DNA of 64,000 nucleotides from Terriglobia bacterium (GTDB taxonomy: Bacteria > Acidobacteriota > Terriglobia > Acidiferrales > UBA7541), in the NCBI GenBank assembly GCA_963695545.1, contig OY968796.1:1-64000 (forward strand), given 5' to 3'. The notes under the pieces are model-generated. The model ran no database searches and was not told the origin of the DNA. It saw nothing but the letters and a program-made list of their open reading frames with translations. The position numbers were made by a program, and so were the translations under genes. Positions within the stretch are counted from its first letter, which is position 1; the number at the start of each line of letters is the position of its first letter. Shown piece by piece: positions 37,073 to 48,411 of this stretch.

Positions 37073-38508
37073 AGGCGGGCGACCTGCTGGAATTGGCGTC
37101 GCGCAATCTGCGCGAAGCGGCGCTGCGCAATACGCTCACAACGCTGGGAATCGCGGTGGGCGTGGCGTCGCTCGTGGCCATGCTTTCACTCGGCGTGGGA
37201 TTGCAAGCGTTCGCTTCGCGGCGCCTCGAGCGCACGGGATTATTCGATTCGATTTACGTGCGGCCGCGGCAATCGGCGGCGCGGCCGAGAGGCGGGGGTG
37301 GCTTCGGCGGACCACCGGACGCGGATGCGACTGCGAATGGCGGATCCGATGACATTCGGCCGCTCGACGAAGCGGCGCGAAAAGAAATCGAGGGGTTGCC
37401 GGGCGTGATCGAGGTGTACTCGGAAGTGCATTTCACGGCGGAAGCGAGCCTGGGCGAGCGCGGTCAATTGACGACTGTCGCGGGGCTGCCGGCTTCGGCG
37501 AGCTCGAATGACGCGTTCGACGATATGCAGGGGCATTTTTTCTCAAGCGCGGATGCAAACGAAGTGATTTTGCGCGCGGAGATGGCGCAGTCGCTGGCGG
37601 ATGCGGCGAATATTCAGCCCGTAGCGCTGCTGGGCAAAACGCTTACGCTGAGTTTTCCGCAGCGACAAGCGCGCGCGGCCGAATCGGCGGCGTCGGCGCA
37701 AGCGAATCAAACGCCGGCGACGCAGCCGGCGATGAGTAGTTTGGGGCTCGGCTTCTCGATCGTTCCCATCGAGAAGCCGTTCACGATCGTCGGCATCGTG
37801 GTGTCCGGCGATCCGGGCGTGGGGCCGGGCGGGCTCGGCGGATCGGGCGCATATATTCCGCTGAAGCTCGCCGAAGGGCTCGCACCGGTGCAAGGCAGCG
37901 ATCTGCGCGAAGTGATGGATGAATCCGCCGCGGCAGGATCGGCGGGAAGCGGAGTGCGTTACGCGAATTTGACTCTGCGCACGGACGGCCCGGGATCGGT
38001 GGCCTCCGTGGAAGCCGCGATCAAGCAAATGGGCTTCAGCACGTTTTCGCTTCTGGACGTGACGCGCAATTTGCGACTGTTGTTCGCCATACTGGACACT
38101 CTGCTCGGAATTTTCGGCAGCCTGGCGCTGGCGGTTGCATCGCTTGGGATTATCAACACGCTGGTGATGGCGATTCTGGAGCGGCGCCGCGAAATTGGCG
38201 TGCTGAAGGCGCTGGGCGCGAGCAATCGCGACGTGCGGCGGCTTTTCTTTCTGGAAGCGGGAGTCATGGGCCTCGCGGGCGGAGTGGTCGGCGTGGGAAT
38301 GGGCTGGGCGATCGGGCGACTGATTCAGTTCGGCACGAGAATCTACCTGAATCGGCAAGGCGTGCCGGCGGAAAATATTTGGTCCGTGCCGTGGTGGCTG
38401 GCGTTGGGAGCGATCGGATTTGCGGTGGTGGTGAGTCTGGCGGCGGGGATTGTGCCGGCGGCGCGCGCGGCGAAGCTCGATCCGGTGGAGGCGCTGCGCT
38501 ACGAGTAG
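37069..38508 (+). CDS. ABC transporter permease (MacB/FtsX)
   Basis: ERRREIGVLKALGA, LDPVEALRYE. Confidence 0.93.
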   Translation: MKAGDLLELASRNLREAALRNTLTTLGIAVGVASLVAMLSLGVGLQAFASRRLERTGLFDSIYVRPRQSAARPRGGGGFGGPPDADATANGGSDDIRPLDEAARKEIEGLPGVIEVYSEVHFTAEASLGERGQLTTVAGLPASASSNDAFDDMQGHFFSSADANEVILRAEMAQSLADAANIQPVALLGKTLTLSFPQRQARAAESAASAQANQTPATQPAMSSLGLGFSIVPIEKPFTIVGIVVSGDPGVGPGGLGGSGAYIPLKLAEGLAPVQGSDLREVMDESAAAGSAGSGVRYANLTLRTDGPGSVASVEAAIKQMGFSTFSLLDVTRNLRLLFAILDTLLGIFGSLALAVASLGIINTLVMAILERRREIGVLKALGASNRDVRRLFFLEAGVMGLAGGVVGVGMGWAIGRLIQFGTRIYLNRQGVPAENIWSVPWWLALGAIGFAVVVSLAAGIVPAARAAKLDPVEALRYE

Positions 38509-38613
38509 TTCGGAAAACAGCTCAGAAAAAAATATAGCCAGAGCGCCCCGCTGAGGGTCCAAGGCGCCCTGGCCGTGTCCTGTCCGCCTCCGCAGGTGGC
38601 AGACAAGTTCGCT

Positions 38614-38958
38614 CTACGCAGCCGATTCGTCGGTGCGCAGGAATTCGTAACGTTCGATTTCCGCAACCATGCCGAACACGCCGGCGCGTCCATCTTCGCT
38701 GGGCTCGGCGCGCTGGATGCGGCCCAGGCAGCGAACCCGCACGGGGCCGGCCAGGGTGATTTCGTGTGGCAGAGTCAAGAGGATCTCGACGGGCGAGCCG
38801 CTCTTGACGGTCTTGGGAAGGTTGAAGAAGACGCCACGCGAACTGACGTTCTTCGATTCGGTGCTCGCCTCTCCGACGGCGCTGCCTGCGGTCCAGCGGA
38901 CCGTCATCGGCAGCCTGATTCGGAAACGCTGGGCGTTTCGGCGCTCACTCTGTGTCAC
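38614..38958 (-). CDS. PilZ-domain protein
   Basis: RRNAQR and NVSSRG motifs. Confidence 0.88.
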   Translation of the reverse strand: MTQSERRNAQRFRIRLPMTVRWTAGSAVGEASTESKNVSSRGVFFNLPKTVKSGSPVEILLTLPHEITLAGPVRVRCLGRIQRAEPSEDGRAGVFGMVAEIERYEFLRTDESAA

Positions 38959-39201
38959 AACCCCTCCTGTTAAAGCCTACCGAGAGCAGCTTCCGTGATT
39001 CTGAGGTCTTGCTCGGCATCAATCCTACGCGATCAGGATAGCTTTCGGGCGCGACGCTCTCAATAGAGCGAGCGTCCCATTTGATAGTTTGGAAGTTTTG
39101 GTACGGTAGTCCTACGCCGGGCCGCGCGCCGCGCGATGTTTCGCCGGCCTGCGCGCAGCGCGATGCTTCGCAGATCGGGCAACAATCAGGTCGCTTCCGG
39201 A

Positions 39202-40920
39202 TTACTCCACCGCGGAGAGACGGCGGTAGGTGCTCAGGGCGCTCTGCAACGAAAGCACGCCCAACAGGGTGCGCGGTTCCGCTCGGTGCACCACCGGCAG
39301 AAAATCCGACTCGCGCAGATAGCGCAGCGCCAATTCCAAGGGTTGATCGGGGTGCAGACGAGACACGCGCGTGCCGGGCACGGCTTCGCCTAAAACCTCC
39401 ATCAGCCTTCCCTGCCGCGCGACTTCTTCCAGGTCGCCGCGCTTGACGACGGTCCACCGGCCGACATTCGAGGAAACCATCAGCGTGTCGTCGGTTGTTT
39501 CCGCAGCGCGAGCGAGCGCGCTGGCAACCGTCTCTTCGGCGCGAAGCGTGAGATTCGGCGGCGGCTGCATGGCGTCTTCCACGCGGAGGACGCGCGACTC
39601 GCGGTGCTCCTCCATCGAGGGGAGGTTCAGGCCGTCCTGGGCGGTCATGATGTCGAAGATCGGCAGATGTTGGAATCGCCGGCTAACCAAGTATGCGATC
39701 GAGTTCGAGACCATCACGGGCAGGATGATCGAGTAGTTGCCGCTGGTTTCGAGCACCATGAAGACCGAGGTCATGGGCACGCGCAGGAATCCCGCGAACA
39801 GCGTGCCCATTCCCACCAGGGCGTAGTCTCCGACGGGGCCGGTGTATGCGGGGAAAAATCGCGCCTGCAGCGTGCCCACGGCTGCGCCCAGCATGCCACC
39901 GACGAACAAGGCGGGCGCGAACATGCCGCCCGGCGCGCCGCTTGACACCGAGAACACCGTGGCCAAAATTTTTAGAACGACGAGCAGCGCCAGGATGTGC
40001 CACAGGAAGTGGCCCGCCATGGCCTGGTCCAACTGGTCGTAGCCGGCGCCCATCACCTGGGGGAATCCCAATGCGATTATGCCGATGGCCAAGCCCGCGA
40101 TCGCCGGCAGGAAATATTGAGTCCAAGACGGAAGGGCGCGCGTGCGGCCGCGCATCCACGCAAGCAATTTCGCGAAAAACAAAGACGCAACACCGCCGAT
40201 GACGCCGAGCACCGCGTAAGCCAGCAACTCCGTGGGATGAACCATTCTGTACGGGGGGATGCGGAACATCGGCGCGGCGCCCATGAATAGGCGCATGACC
40301 ACTACGCTCGAAACAGCGGCCAGAATCACGGCGACGAGAATGCCGGCCGTCCAGGTGCCAATGATCTCTTCGATAACGAAGATCACCGCAGCAATCGGCG
40401 CGTTGAATGCCGCGGCCAATCCGGCGGCAGCGCCCACGGGCGCCAAAAGGCGTAGTTTGTCGCGCGAGAGCTGAAGGTTGCGCCCGAGAATCGAGGCGAT
40501 GCCCGCGCCCATTTGCAATGAGGGGTCTTCGGGACCAAGCGACTGGCCGCTGCCGATGGCCAGGGCGCACGCGATAAATTTTCCGATGACCGCGCGGAAG
40601 GAAATGTAGCCGTTGTAAATGTAAACGGCCGATTTGGTTTGATTCACGCCGCTGCCGCGCGCGCCCGGAAAGACCAGGATCACCAGCGCCGCAAGCGCCA
40701 GACCTGCCACAGCGGGAACGAGCAGCAAACGCAAATGAGGGATGGGTTGCGCGGCGCCGAACAGCCAACGGTGAGTGAGATCGATGGCTTTGCGAAAGCA
40801 GACCACCGCAAGACCGGAAAGCACGCCGATCACGACCGCCAGGATCAGAAAGAAATTATCTTCTTCGAGCGGAACGATGCGCCGGGCGCGGGTGACAAGG
40901 TCATCCCAAATTGATGCCAT
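39202..40920 (-). CDS. ClC chloride channel/antiporter with CBS domains
   Basis: GSGVN, GPEDP, FNAP, GGMFAP. Confidence 0.93.
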   Translation of the reverse strand: MASIWDDLVTRARRIVPLEEDNFFLILAVVIGVLSGLAVVCFRKAIDLTHRWLFGAAQPIPHLRLLLVPAVAGLALAALVILVFPGARGSGVNQTKSAVYIYNGYISFRAVIGKFIACALAIGSGQSLGPEDPSLQMGAGIASILGRNLQLSRDKLRLLAPVGAAAGLAAAFNAPIAAVIFVIEEIIGTWTAGILVAVILAAVSSVVVMRLFMGAAPMFRIPPYRMVHPTELLAYAVLGVIGGVASLFFAKLLAWMRGRTRALPSWTQYFLPAIAGLAIGIIALGFPQVMGAGYDQLDQAMAGHFLWHILALLVVLKILATVFSVSSGAPGGMFAPALFVGGMLGAAVGTLQARFFPAYTGPVGDYALVGMGTLFAGFLRVPMTSVFMVLETSGNYSIILPVMVSNSIAYLVSRRFQHLPIFDIMTAQDGLNLPSMEEHRESRVLRVEDAMQPPPNLTLRAEETVASALARAAETTDDTLMVSSNVGRWTVVKRGDLEEVARQGRLMEVLGEAVPGTRVSRLHPDQPLELALRYLRESDFLPVVHRAEPRTLLGVLSLQSALSTYRRLSAVE

Positions 40921-41114
40921 CGTTAGGCTGGATTCATCCGTTTCTTCCTGCTTCCCAATATATCGTAAAACGATATGACTTGCCTATGGCCTTGGCGTGG
41001 CGCGCGCGCGGGTGCGCTGAAAGAATCAACTTGTGAGCGAAAGGAGCCAGGCGGAAAGGCGCGATAGGTTCGCAAAGTCCGTCGCGCGAGGCGCGCGTCG
41101 GAAACGGGCGCGGA

Positions 41115-42131
41115 TCACGCTCGGGTAATACCCGAAGTCACTTCGGAGCGGTCGCTCTCGCGATCCAAGGCGCGATGTTGCTCTCCGCCGCGGACGACGT
41201 TTGCGACGATATAGATCGGGCGGGCCTTCATTTCCTCGAAGATACGCCCCACGTATTCGCCGATCACGCCGAGGAATAGAAGCTGCACTCCGGAAAGAAA
41301 AGTCACCACGGTGATGATGGCGGCGAAACCCTGCGGCGAGCGATGCAGCACAAGGCGCATCCACGCGGAATAGACCGTGTAAGAGCCGGAAAGGCCGATG
41401 GCGATGAGGCCCAAAATCGCGGCGGCGCGAATCGGCGCGACGGAAAAGGAAAGAATTCCATCGAAGGCGAGTTTGAAAAGGCGCAGGCTGGTGTACTTGC
41501 TTTCGCCGGCGTGGCGCGTGTCGCGCTCGACGTGAATGCCGATCTGGCGGAAGCCGACCCAGCCGCGCAGGCCGCGAAGGTAGCGATGATGCTCGGGCAT
41601 GCTGCGGATCAAGCGCACCACGCGGCGCGACATCAATCCAAAATCTCCGGCATCGAGCGGCAGGCGCACATCGGCCAGCGCGGAAATCAAGCGATAGAAA
41701 ACTTTGTAGCACAGGCGCAGCCACCAAGGTTCCTTGCGTTTAGTGCGCTGGGCGTAGACGACGTCGTAGCCATCCATGAATTTCGAGACGAAGGCCCAGA
41801 TCGCTTCGGGCGCATCCTGCAGATCGGCATCCATCACCACCGTGGCGTCGCCCGAGACGTGATCGAGCGCGGCGGAAAGCGCGGCTTGATGTCCAAAATT
41901 GCGCGACAGCACGATGAGTACGATCCGGGAATCCTTGCTCGCCGCGTCCTCGAGGATTTCCCGCGTTCCGTCGGTGCTGCCGTCATCCACGAACACAAAT
42001 TCGTGCGGGCCGCCCGCGATTTGATCGACTACGCCGACGAGGCGCCGCAGGAGCTCCGGCAACACGGATTCTTCGTTGTGAACCGGAACGGCAATCGATA
42101 ACCGAAAGGGCTTTTCGAAATGTTGGCTCAC
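41115..42131 (-). CDS. GT2 polyprenol-phosphate glycosyltransferase (GtrB-like)
   Basis: VDDGSTD, SRNFGHQ, DADLQD, two C-terminal TMs. Confidence 0.92.
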   Translation of the reverse strand: MSQHFEKPFRLSIAVPVHNEESVLPELLRRLVGVVDQIAGGPHEFVFVDDGSTDGTREILEDAASKDSRIVLIVLSRNFGHQAALSAALDHVSGDATVVMDADLQDAPEAIWAFVSKFMDGYDVVYAQRTKRKEPWWLRLCYKVFYRLISALADVRLPLDAGDFGLMSRRVVRLIRSMPEHHRYLRGLRGWVGFRQIGIHVERDTRHAGESKYTSLRLFKLAFDGILSFSVAPIRAAAILGLIAIGLSGSYTVYSAWMRLVLHRSPQGFAAIITVVTFLSGVQLLFLGVIGEYVGRIFEEMKARPIYIVANVVRGGEQHRALDRESDRSEVTSGITRA

Positions 42132-42730
42132 GAGCGCGCCCTCCCTTTGAAATAGACCATGTCCCAAAACTTGACGCCGAAACGCGTGAGCCAGAAAGGC
42201 TCGAGCACAACCGGCTCCAGTGACTCCGAGAAAATATCGCGCCACTCGGCGAGCGGCCGGACGAAGCGGCCGCGATCCCAGCGCGCCAACTGACGCCGCA
42301 GCCCCTGGCGTTCGGGCATGACCACCTCGATGACGTGAACGTGGCCGTCTTCGGTGAGCAGCGTCGATAGATGCGAGAGGATGCGGCGCGTGGACGCGAG
42401 ATCCACGTGATGGAGGAAACTGTTCGCGAGGATGAAATCGTATTTTTCGCCGGGCGGCGCGGTGTACTCGCAAACGTCGGCGGCCAGAAAATCGCGATGG
42501 TACAAGCGGCGAGCATACTGAATATAGGCTGGGTTCACATCGACGCCGAGATATTGCGCCGAGGCGAAGTGGCGCGTGTTGGTTCCGGGGCCGCAGCCGA
42601 CATCGAGCACGCGGCGCACGCGCGAAAGATCGTTGTGCGCGTACATGGGCGCCAACTTTTGCTCCGCAAACTTTCCTTGCCAGAAGAGATAGGCGCGCGG
42701 ATGAGCCAGCAACTCGGTTCCCGGAATCAT
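42128..42730 (-). CDS. Class I SAM-dependent methyltransferase
   Basis: VLDVGCGPG. Confidence 0.88.
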   Translation of the reverse strand: MIPGTELLAHPRAYLFWQGKFAEQKLAPMYAHNDLSRVRRVLDVGCGPGTNTRHFASAQYLGVDVNPAYIQYARRLYHRDFLAADVCEYTAPPGEKYDFILANSFLHHVDLASTRRILSHLSTLLTEDGHVHVIEVVMPERQGLRRQLARWDRGRFVRPLAEWRDIFSESLEPVVLEPFWLTRFGVKFWDMVYFKGRARS

Positions 42731-44697
42731 GGCCGCCACCTGACTTCAAACTTTCCGATATCGGCTTTTTTCGGGAAGCGCGCCGCAAGCACGTCGCGCA
42801 AATTTCCGGGAAGCGGCTGGGAAAATGCGGGCTCGCGATCGATTACGATCACGCTTGGATGTACGGCATCGATCGCGGCGAGCACGCGAGACGCTTCGTG
42901 GGCGTAGTCCTCGAATCCATCGAAAATCATGCGCGTGGGATTGGGCATTCCCGCAAGGAAATAGATTTCCGGGCAGTCCGGTCCTGCGTAGAGCTGGCCA
43001 TTGGTGGCCTTCGACTGTACAAGAGCGATCACGCGGCGGTAGTCGTAGACTTCCTCGGTGTCCACGCGCAAACCTCCGGCGCGAGGCATACCAAGCGACT
43101 CAAGCGGTCCCGCGCCGCGATACCAACGGGCCATCGAATCCATCGAAAAACCGGGCGTGATCACGAGCATCATGAAAATGATGTAAAAACCGGCGGCCAA
43201 TTTCGGGATCAAGCGAGGGGCCGGATCCCTGGTGCTGAGGATGGCGAGCGCGGCCAGCGCCACCAGCGGCGCGACGTAACAGAAATACGTCGCCGAAGAA
43301 TACGGAAACTCAACCAGACTGCACATCGCGGTGACGGCGAGGATCAAGAAAATCTGCTGGCGGCGCAGCTCGGTCAATTTCCAACGCGAGCCGCCGCGAA
43401 GAAGCAGAAGCGCGCCGATCACCACCACGGCGGGGATGATAGTGGCGGCGGAGTGCCAGGCCGTTCGATAGATGAAGCGATTGTGCTCAGTCGCGATCAG
43501 CGCGGCGACCAATCCGGTGAGCACGACGACTCCCGCGGCGGTCGATTCCGCGCGCTTGGAATAGCACGCGAACGCGAGGAGTCCGATGATGGGTGCGAGC
43601 GCGAGCACGTTGATCATGTCCGGGGGCAAATGGCTTGCCATGCTGATTCGCAGGAACGGGACGACGAAGACGCCATTGTAGAAACTGGCCAGCGCGTGCG
43701 CTTTCGCGTAGGGAATCAGAAACAAGGCCACCGGCGCCGCCGCTCCTGCGAGGAACGGAACGCTGGTGCGAAACAAATTCCGGAAGCGCGCGCGGTCGGC
43801 GCAGGCGATGGGCTTCGATTCTCGAACGAGGAGCACCATAGCCAGCGCAAACCCGGGCAGGACGAAGTTGTAAAGCTCGGAGATGTCGGCGAGACGCCGA
43901 ATCAGAAGAACGAGAGCGATTACGAACACAAATATGCAAAGACGAACGAAGGATGGGTAGAGCTTTCCGGGCCGATCGACCGGCAATGCGGCGGTCTCGC
44001 TTGCCGCCCTGGCCTCGGATTGTTCGCGAAACGCGAAGAACAACAGCGCGGCGCCGATGAAGTAAAGTCCGATGCTTTTCACCAGAAATGAAAGTCCGCC
44101 GCAGAGGCCGGCGACGACGAGCCAAACACGCGCGCGTGTCTCGAGATACCTGAGCATCGCCGCGAGACCGAAGGTCGCGAAAAACAGGCAATACCACGAC
44201 GGCATTCCCGCGGGATAAATAGGCACACTCCAGGTGACTCCCACGAAAGTCACCAGCCCGGCGCCAAGCGGTCCGACGAATCGAGACGCGCAGTAGAAAA
44301 GAATCGGAACCCACAGCGCAAAAAACACCAGCAGCATCAGGCGAATCGAAAGCAAATTCATCCCAAAAAGTTTGAACGCGGCCGCGTGCAGGTAGCTCAA
44401 GCCGCCGGTGTAAACCTCGTCAAAATCGCGGTGAGGAAGCTGGCCATCGAGGACGCGCTCGGCGCTTTGCGCCAGCATGCCGTCGTCGTGAGGGATCCAA
44501 TGCTCGGGCAAGTAATTCGCGAGCCAGGCGAGGCTCAGCGCCCAGACAACCAGCAACACCGTCAGGCTGCGAAAAGAGGAGGCGCTACGGACGGAGGCGG
44601 CTGCGTCCACGCCGGAATGCGCGTGGAATTGCGATGTTTGCGCCGCGAGAGCTTCGGGCGCCAGGGTTTCCGATGCTTGTTCGGCCGTGGTGGGCAT
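42727..44697 (-). CDS. GT-C/ArnT-like membrane glycosyltransferase
   Basis: HDDG in the first loop, PHRDF, many TM segments; operon with GT2. Confidence 0.7.
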   Translation of the reverse strand: MPTTAEQASETLAPEALAAQTSQFHAHSGVDAAASVRSASSFRSLTVLLVVWALSLAWLANYLPEHWIPHDDGMLAQSAERVLDGQLPHRDFDEVYTGGLSYLHAAAFKLFGMNLLSIRLMLLVFFALWVPILFYCASRFVGPLGAGLVTFVGVTWSVPIYPAGMPSWYCLFFATFGLAAMLRYLETRARVWLVVAGLCGGLSFLVKSIGLYFIGAALLFFAFREQSEARAASETAALPVDRPGKLYPSFVRLCIFVFVIALVLLIRRLADISELYNFVLPGFALAMVLLVRESKPIACADRARFRNLFRTSVPFLAGAAAPVALFLIPYAKAHALASFYNGVFVVPFLRISMASHLPPDMINVLALAPIIGLLAFACYSKRAESTAAGVVVLTGLVAALIATEHNRFIYRTAWHSAATIIPAVVVIGALLLLRGGSRWKLTELRRQQIFLILAVTAMCSLVEFPYSSATYFCYVAPLVALAALAILSTRDPAPRLIPKLAAGFYIIFMMLVITPGFSMDSMARWYRGAGPLESLGMPRAGGLRVDTEEVYDYRRVIALVQSKATNGQLYAGPDCPEIYFLAGMPNPTRMIFDGFEDYAHEASRVLAAIDAVHPSVIVIDREPAFSQPLPGNLRDVLAARFPKKADIGKFEVRWRP

Positions 44698-44913
44698 CGC
44701 TTGCGTTCACCGGCAATTCGCCATTCACAGAGGCGTCTCCCGCGCACGTCGCTTCAATCGGGCGGTGAAATCAGTATAGGTCGGGCGCAGGGGATTCTTG
44801 GGGCGTTTCGGCTATGGTGTGCTCGATATCAACACATAGCAGAACGGACACACGCCGGATGCGCTGAATTGCGTTGCGCAGGAGTGAGTCCGGACTCAGT
44901 CGTCAGGGCCGAA

Positions 44914-45579
44914 TCAGGTCTGATCGATCAGGCGATGGTGAATGGCGTAGAGGGCGAGTTCCAGGCGGTCGGAAACGCCCAGCTTGTCGAAGATATTGTG
45001 CAAGTGATTCTTGACGGTCTGCTCGCTGATAAAGAGCTTTTCGCCGATCTCTTTGTTGCGATAGCCCTGCGCGACCAGCTGCACGATCTCTTTTTCGCGA
45101 TCGCTCAGCAGCGGCTTTTCGCGGCGCGGGCCGCTGTCGGCGGACTTGGTAAAGGCCTTCATGACCTCGGCGGTCATGTGATTGTCGAGCCAGATTTCGC
45201 CACCGAAAACTTTGTAGATGCTCTTCACGAGCAGGTCGGACGCCGATTGCTTCAACACGATTCCGCGCGCGCCCAGACGCATGGCGCGCACCACGTCGCG
45301 GTCGTCCTCGGCCGCGGTGAGCACGATCACGCGCGTCGGGAGCGAATCGAAATTGACCTCTTCGAGCACGGCCAAGCCGTCTTTATCGGGCATGCGCAGG
45401 TCGAGCAGCAGGATGTCAGGCTTGAGTTTGGCGATCAGCTTGACGCAATCGTTGCCGTTGGCGGCTTCGCCAACGATGACCAGTCCTTCTTCGCTATCAA
45501 GCAGCTTGCGCAGACCTTCGCGGAAGATCAGGTGGTCGTCGGCCACGAGGATTCGGATTTCTGGCTTATTTTTGGCCAT
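44914..45579 (-). CDS. NarL/LuxR-family response regulator
   Basis: REC domain plus LSDREKEI..TVKNH HTH. Confidence 0.95.
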   Translation of the reverse strand: MAKNKPEIRILVADDHLIFREGLRKLLDSEEGLVIVGEAANGNDCVKLIAKLKPDILLLDLRMPDKDGLAVLEEVNFDSLPTRVIVLTAAEDDRDVVRAMRLGARGIVLKQSASDLLVKSIYKVFGGEIWLDNHMTAEVMKAFTKSADSGPRREKPLLSDREKEIVQLVAQGYRNKEIGEKLFISEQTVKNHLHNIFDKLGVSDRLELALYAIHHRLIDQT

Positions 45580-45580
45580 G

Positions 45581-47251
45581 TCAGCCCAGCGGGACCTCTA
45601 CGGTCAGGCGGGAACCGTGCCCAGGCGTCGATTCGACAGTCAGAATTCCCCCCACGCTTCGCGACCTTTCCTTAATTGAAATAGGACCGAGCCTCAATCG
45701 ATCGAGGTCGTCACCGGTAAAACGGCCTGCAAAACTGAATCCCTCGCCATTGTCGTCCACGACGAGTACCACACGGCTGTCATTCTGCCACAGTTTCACC
45801 ACGACGTGTGTGGCTTGTGCGTGCTTTTTCACGTTATATAACGACTCCCGGTATATTTGGAACAACTCGCGGCAAACGCGGTCGGGCACCTGCAGCTCCG
45901 CAGCGTCGATCAATAGATCCAATCCCATGCCGGACTCGTTGCGGAAGCGCTCGGCGAAACCACGCATCAGATCCACCAGATCGGCGCTCTGGACGCCCAG
46001 CGGGCGCATGTCGGTCACGAGCTGGCGGAGCTCGGCGGTCTCGTTGCGCACGGTGTGATGCAGGGATTCGAGCGGCTCACCGACCTGCTCCGGCGACTGC
46101 GGCAGCTTTTTGCGAATGACGTTAAGTTGGATATCCACGCTCAGCAACGTTTGCAGGATGCCGTCGTGCAGATCGCGCGAGATGCGGCTGCGCTCGGTTT
46201 CGATGGCGCGGGCGCGCATGTGGCGCAGCAGAAACAAATTCTCGAGCGGCGGCGCGATGTGACGCACGATGCGTTCGAGCGAGCGAAGGTCAGTGGGCAC
46301 AATGCGCCGGCGCGCGTTTGCGAGCAAAATGCGGCCGGCGGGCACGCTGTTGAAGTCGAACGTGACGCTCAGGAAATTTCGCGCGCCCAGCTCCTTCACC
46401 ACCGGAGCGGGCATGCGCGGCAATTCGGCCAGCCGATGCCCGGTGCGGCGATCCCAGCCGAAGCCTCTCCCCGCGCCTTCCAGCGAAATCCACGCGAGGC
46501 TTGCGTCGGGCGCATCGAGCAGAAAACCTTCGCCGCGGTTTAAGGGCATGCTTGCGGGAGCGATGCGGCCCTGCTCACCGACGCGCACGGTCCACAGAAA
46601 AATGCGCTCGATCTCCGCATCGCGAAACACCAGGAAGGCCGTCTCGCATTGGAACGTGCGCGCGAGCTCATCAAGGACGCGGCGCAGCGAGTCGGCCACG
46701 CCGCGCTCGACGTGCAAGTGCGAGGCGAGTCGCGCCAGAAATTCGTGCTCGGCCACGTGGCTTCGATTGCGATCGCCGAGAAACGCCATGCCCACGCCCG
46801 CAGTGAATGTGCCCAACACAAGGCCGAGCCACGGGATCGCCTGGTGCGCGCCGACCGGCCCGGCCAGCACCGCCCGGGCCAGCAGCGCCACCGACGCCGC
46901 GCCAATCAGTACGATCGAGGCGCGCAACCCCCAGCGAATTCCTGCGGAAAGCGAAACGAACAGGAACGGAAACCAGAACGCGACCACCGAGGAACTCAAC
47001 AGCAGGAAAACCGCCAGCGCCGCGATGTCCACCGCAAGCGGCCATTGCCATGTGTCGGCGCCGCGGAAAAGATCTACGACCACAACCGCCAGCGAAGCGG
47101 CGAGATATACGCACAGGAATTGCTCTGCGTGCGCGCCGCGCTGCGCGTCCGGCCGCACGAGCAGATCCACCAGGCCCAGTAACAGGAAAATGGGCCGCGC
47201 GTAGGCGATCTGGCGCTCAAGATAGCGCCGTTCTGCTGCATGAGCTTGCAT
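45581..47251 (-). CDS. Membrane sensor histidine kinase (HisKA_3)
   Basis: ERSRISRDLHDG, DNGEGF, STPGHG. Confidence 0.92.
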   Translation of the reverse strand: MQAHAAERRYLERQIAYARPIFLLLGLVDLLVRPDAQRGAHAEQFLCVYLAASLAVVVVDLFRGADTWQWPLAVDIAALAVFLLLSSSVVAFWFPFLFVSLSAGIRWGLRASIVLIGAASVALLARAVLAGPVGAHQAIPWLGLVLGTFTAGVGMAFLGDRNRSHVAEHEFLARLASHLHVERGVADSLRRVLDELARTFQCETAFLVFRDAEIERIFLWTVRVGEQGRIAPASMPLNRGEGFLLDAPDASLAWISLEGAGRGFGWDRRTGHRLAELPRMPAPVVKELGARNFLSVTFDFNSVPAGRILLANARRRIVPTDLRSLERIVRHIAPPLENLFLLRHMRARAIETERSRISRDLHDGILQTLLSVDIQLNVIRKKLPQSPEQVGEPLESLHHTVRNETAELRQLVTDMRPLGVQSADLVDLMRGFAERFRNESGMGLDLLIDAAELQVPDRVCRELFQIYRESLYNVKKHAQATHVVVKLWQNDSRVVLVVDDNGEGFSFAGRFTGDDLDRLRLGPISIKERSRSVGGILTVESTPGHGSRLTVEVPLG

Positions 47252-47446
47252 GGCTGGGATTCGCGGTACCCTCGAACAACTCTAGCAGGACTTTTCGAAG
47301 GGATTTCCACCGCCGGCGGCCGCGCGTTCCTACTTGGTAATGCCGACAAAGGCTCAAACCTGCGGTACAATCGGCAGCCGGCGGACCCGAGTGCTCCGAG
47401 GGCGCGGGACGCAGCGACAGCCGGGAACCTGAAGTCACTCTGAACC

Positions 47447-48388
47447 ATGATCCAGCAATTCACAGAGAGCCAGGTCGAGCGCATGCTTGGAATCGGCCGC
47501 GCGAAGCTCGGATACTGGGCGCGGCTGCGTCTGGTCTCTCCGCGCGCGCGCTGGGGAACGCGATTTTACAGCTTCAGCGACCTTGTGGCGCTCGAGGCCA
47601 TCCGGCGAATCGCCGCGAATCGTGTGCCGGTGCGCCGCTTGCAGCGAGCTTTGGCGGCGTTCGAGCTCGCGACGGGCGGCACCGCTCCGGCGCTGGCCTC
47701 TCTGCGCCTCTCGAGCAATGGCACCGAAGTGGTGGTCCGCGCGCCGGAACCTGAAAGCCGGGCGATCGAGCCACTCACCGGCCAATATGTTTTCGATTTT
47801 GACTCCGCTGCGCTGCAGCGCCCCGGCGAAACAGGGCTTTCGACAGAGCGCCGCGACAACGTGCGCGCCATGGCTTCCTACACCGCCGAATATTGGTTCG
47901 AGATCGGCATGTCTTGCGACGCCACGCAGGATACGCTGCCGCAAGCCGCCGAAGCCTATGGCAAGGCCGTTGAGATGGCGCCCGATTGGGTCGAAGCGCA
48001 CATCAATTTCGGCACGACGCTTTATCAACTCGAGCGCATGGCGGACGCGCGGCAGGAATTTGCACTCGCCGTCCAACTTGAGCCGCGCAACGCGCTCGCG
48101 CGATTCAATCTCGGCTGCGTGCTTGAACACGATGGCGATACGCAGGCGGCCATCGCGCAGTTGCGCGAAGCCGTGGAACTCGCGCCGCAAATGGCCGACG
48201 CTCATTTGAACCTCGCGCTCGCGTACGAAAAGGTTGGACGCAAACACGAGTCCACGCGCCACCTCTCGTTCTATTTGCGCTACGACCCGAATGGCCCATG
48301 GGCCGACTTCGCCCGCACGCGACTTGCAAGTCAGCGTCCGCCCGGCACCGACGCCGGCAAACTCACGCCCTTCCGCCGCGTCCGCTAA
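47447..48388 (+). CDS. MerR-like HTH + TPR protein
   Basis: N-terminal HTH 'YWARLRLVSP..FYSFSDLV'; TPRs AHINFG/ARFNLG/AHLNLA. Confidence 0.85.
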   Translation: MIQQFTESQVERMLGIGRAKLGYWARLRLVSPRARWGTRFYSFSDLVALEAIRRIAANRVPVRRLQRALAAFELATGGTAPALASLRLSSNGTEVVVRAPEPESRAIEPLTGQYVFDFDSAALQRPGETGLSTERRDNVRAMASYTAEYWFEIGMSCDATQDTLPQAAEAYGKAVEMAPDWVEAHINFGTTLYQLERMADARQEFALAVQLEPRNALARFNLGCVLEHDGDTQAAIAQLREAVELAPQMADAHLNLALAYEKVGRKHESTRHLSFYLRYDPNGPWADFARTRLASQRPPGTDAGKLTPFRRVR

Positions 48389-48411
48389 ACAGCCGCGTAG
48401 GACGCTTGAAA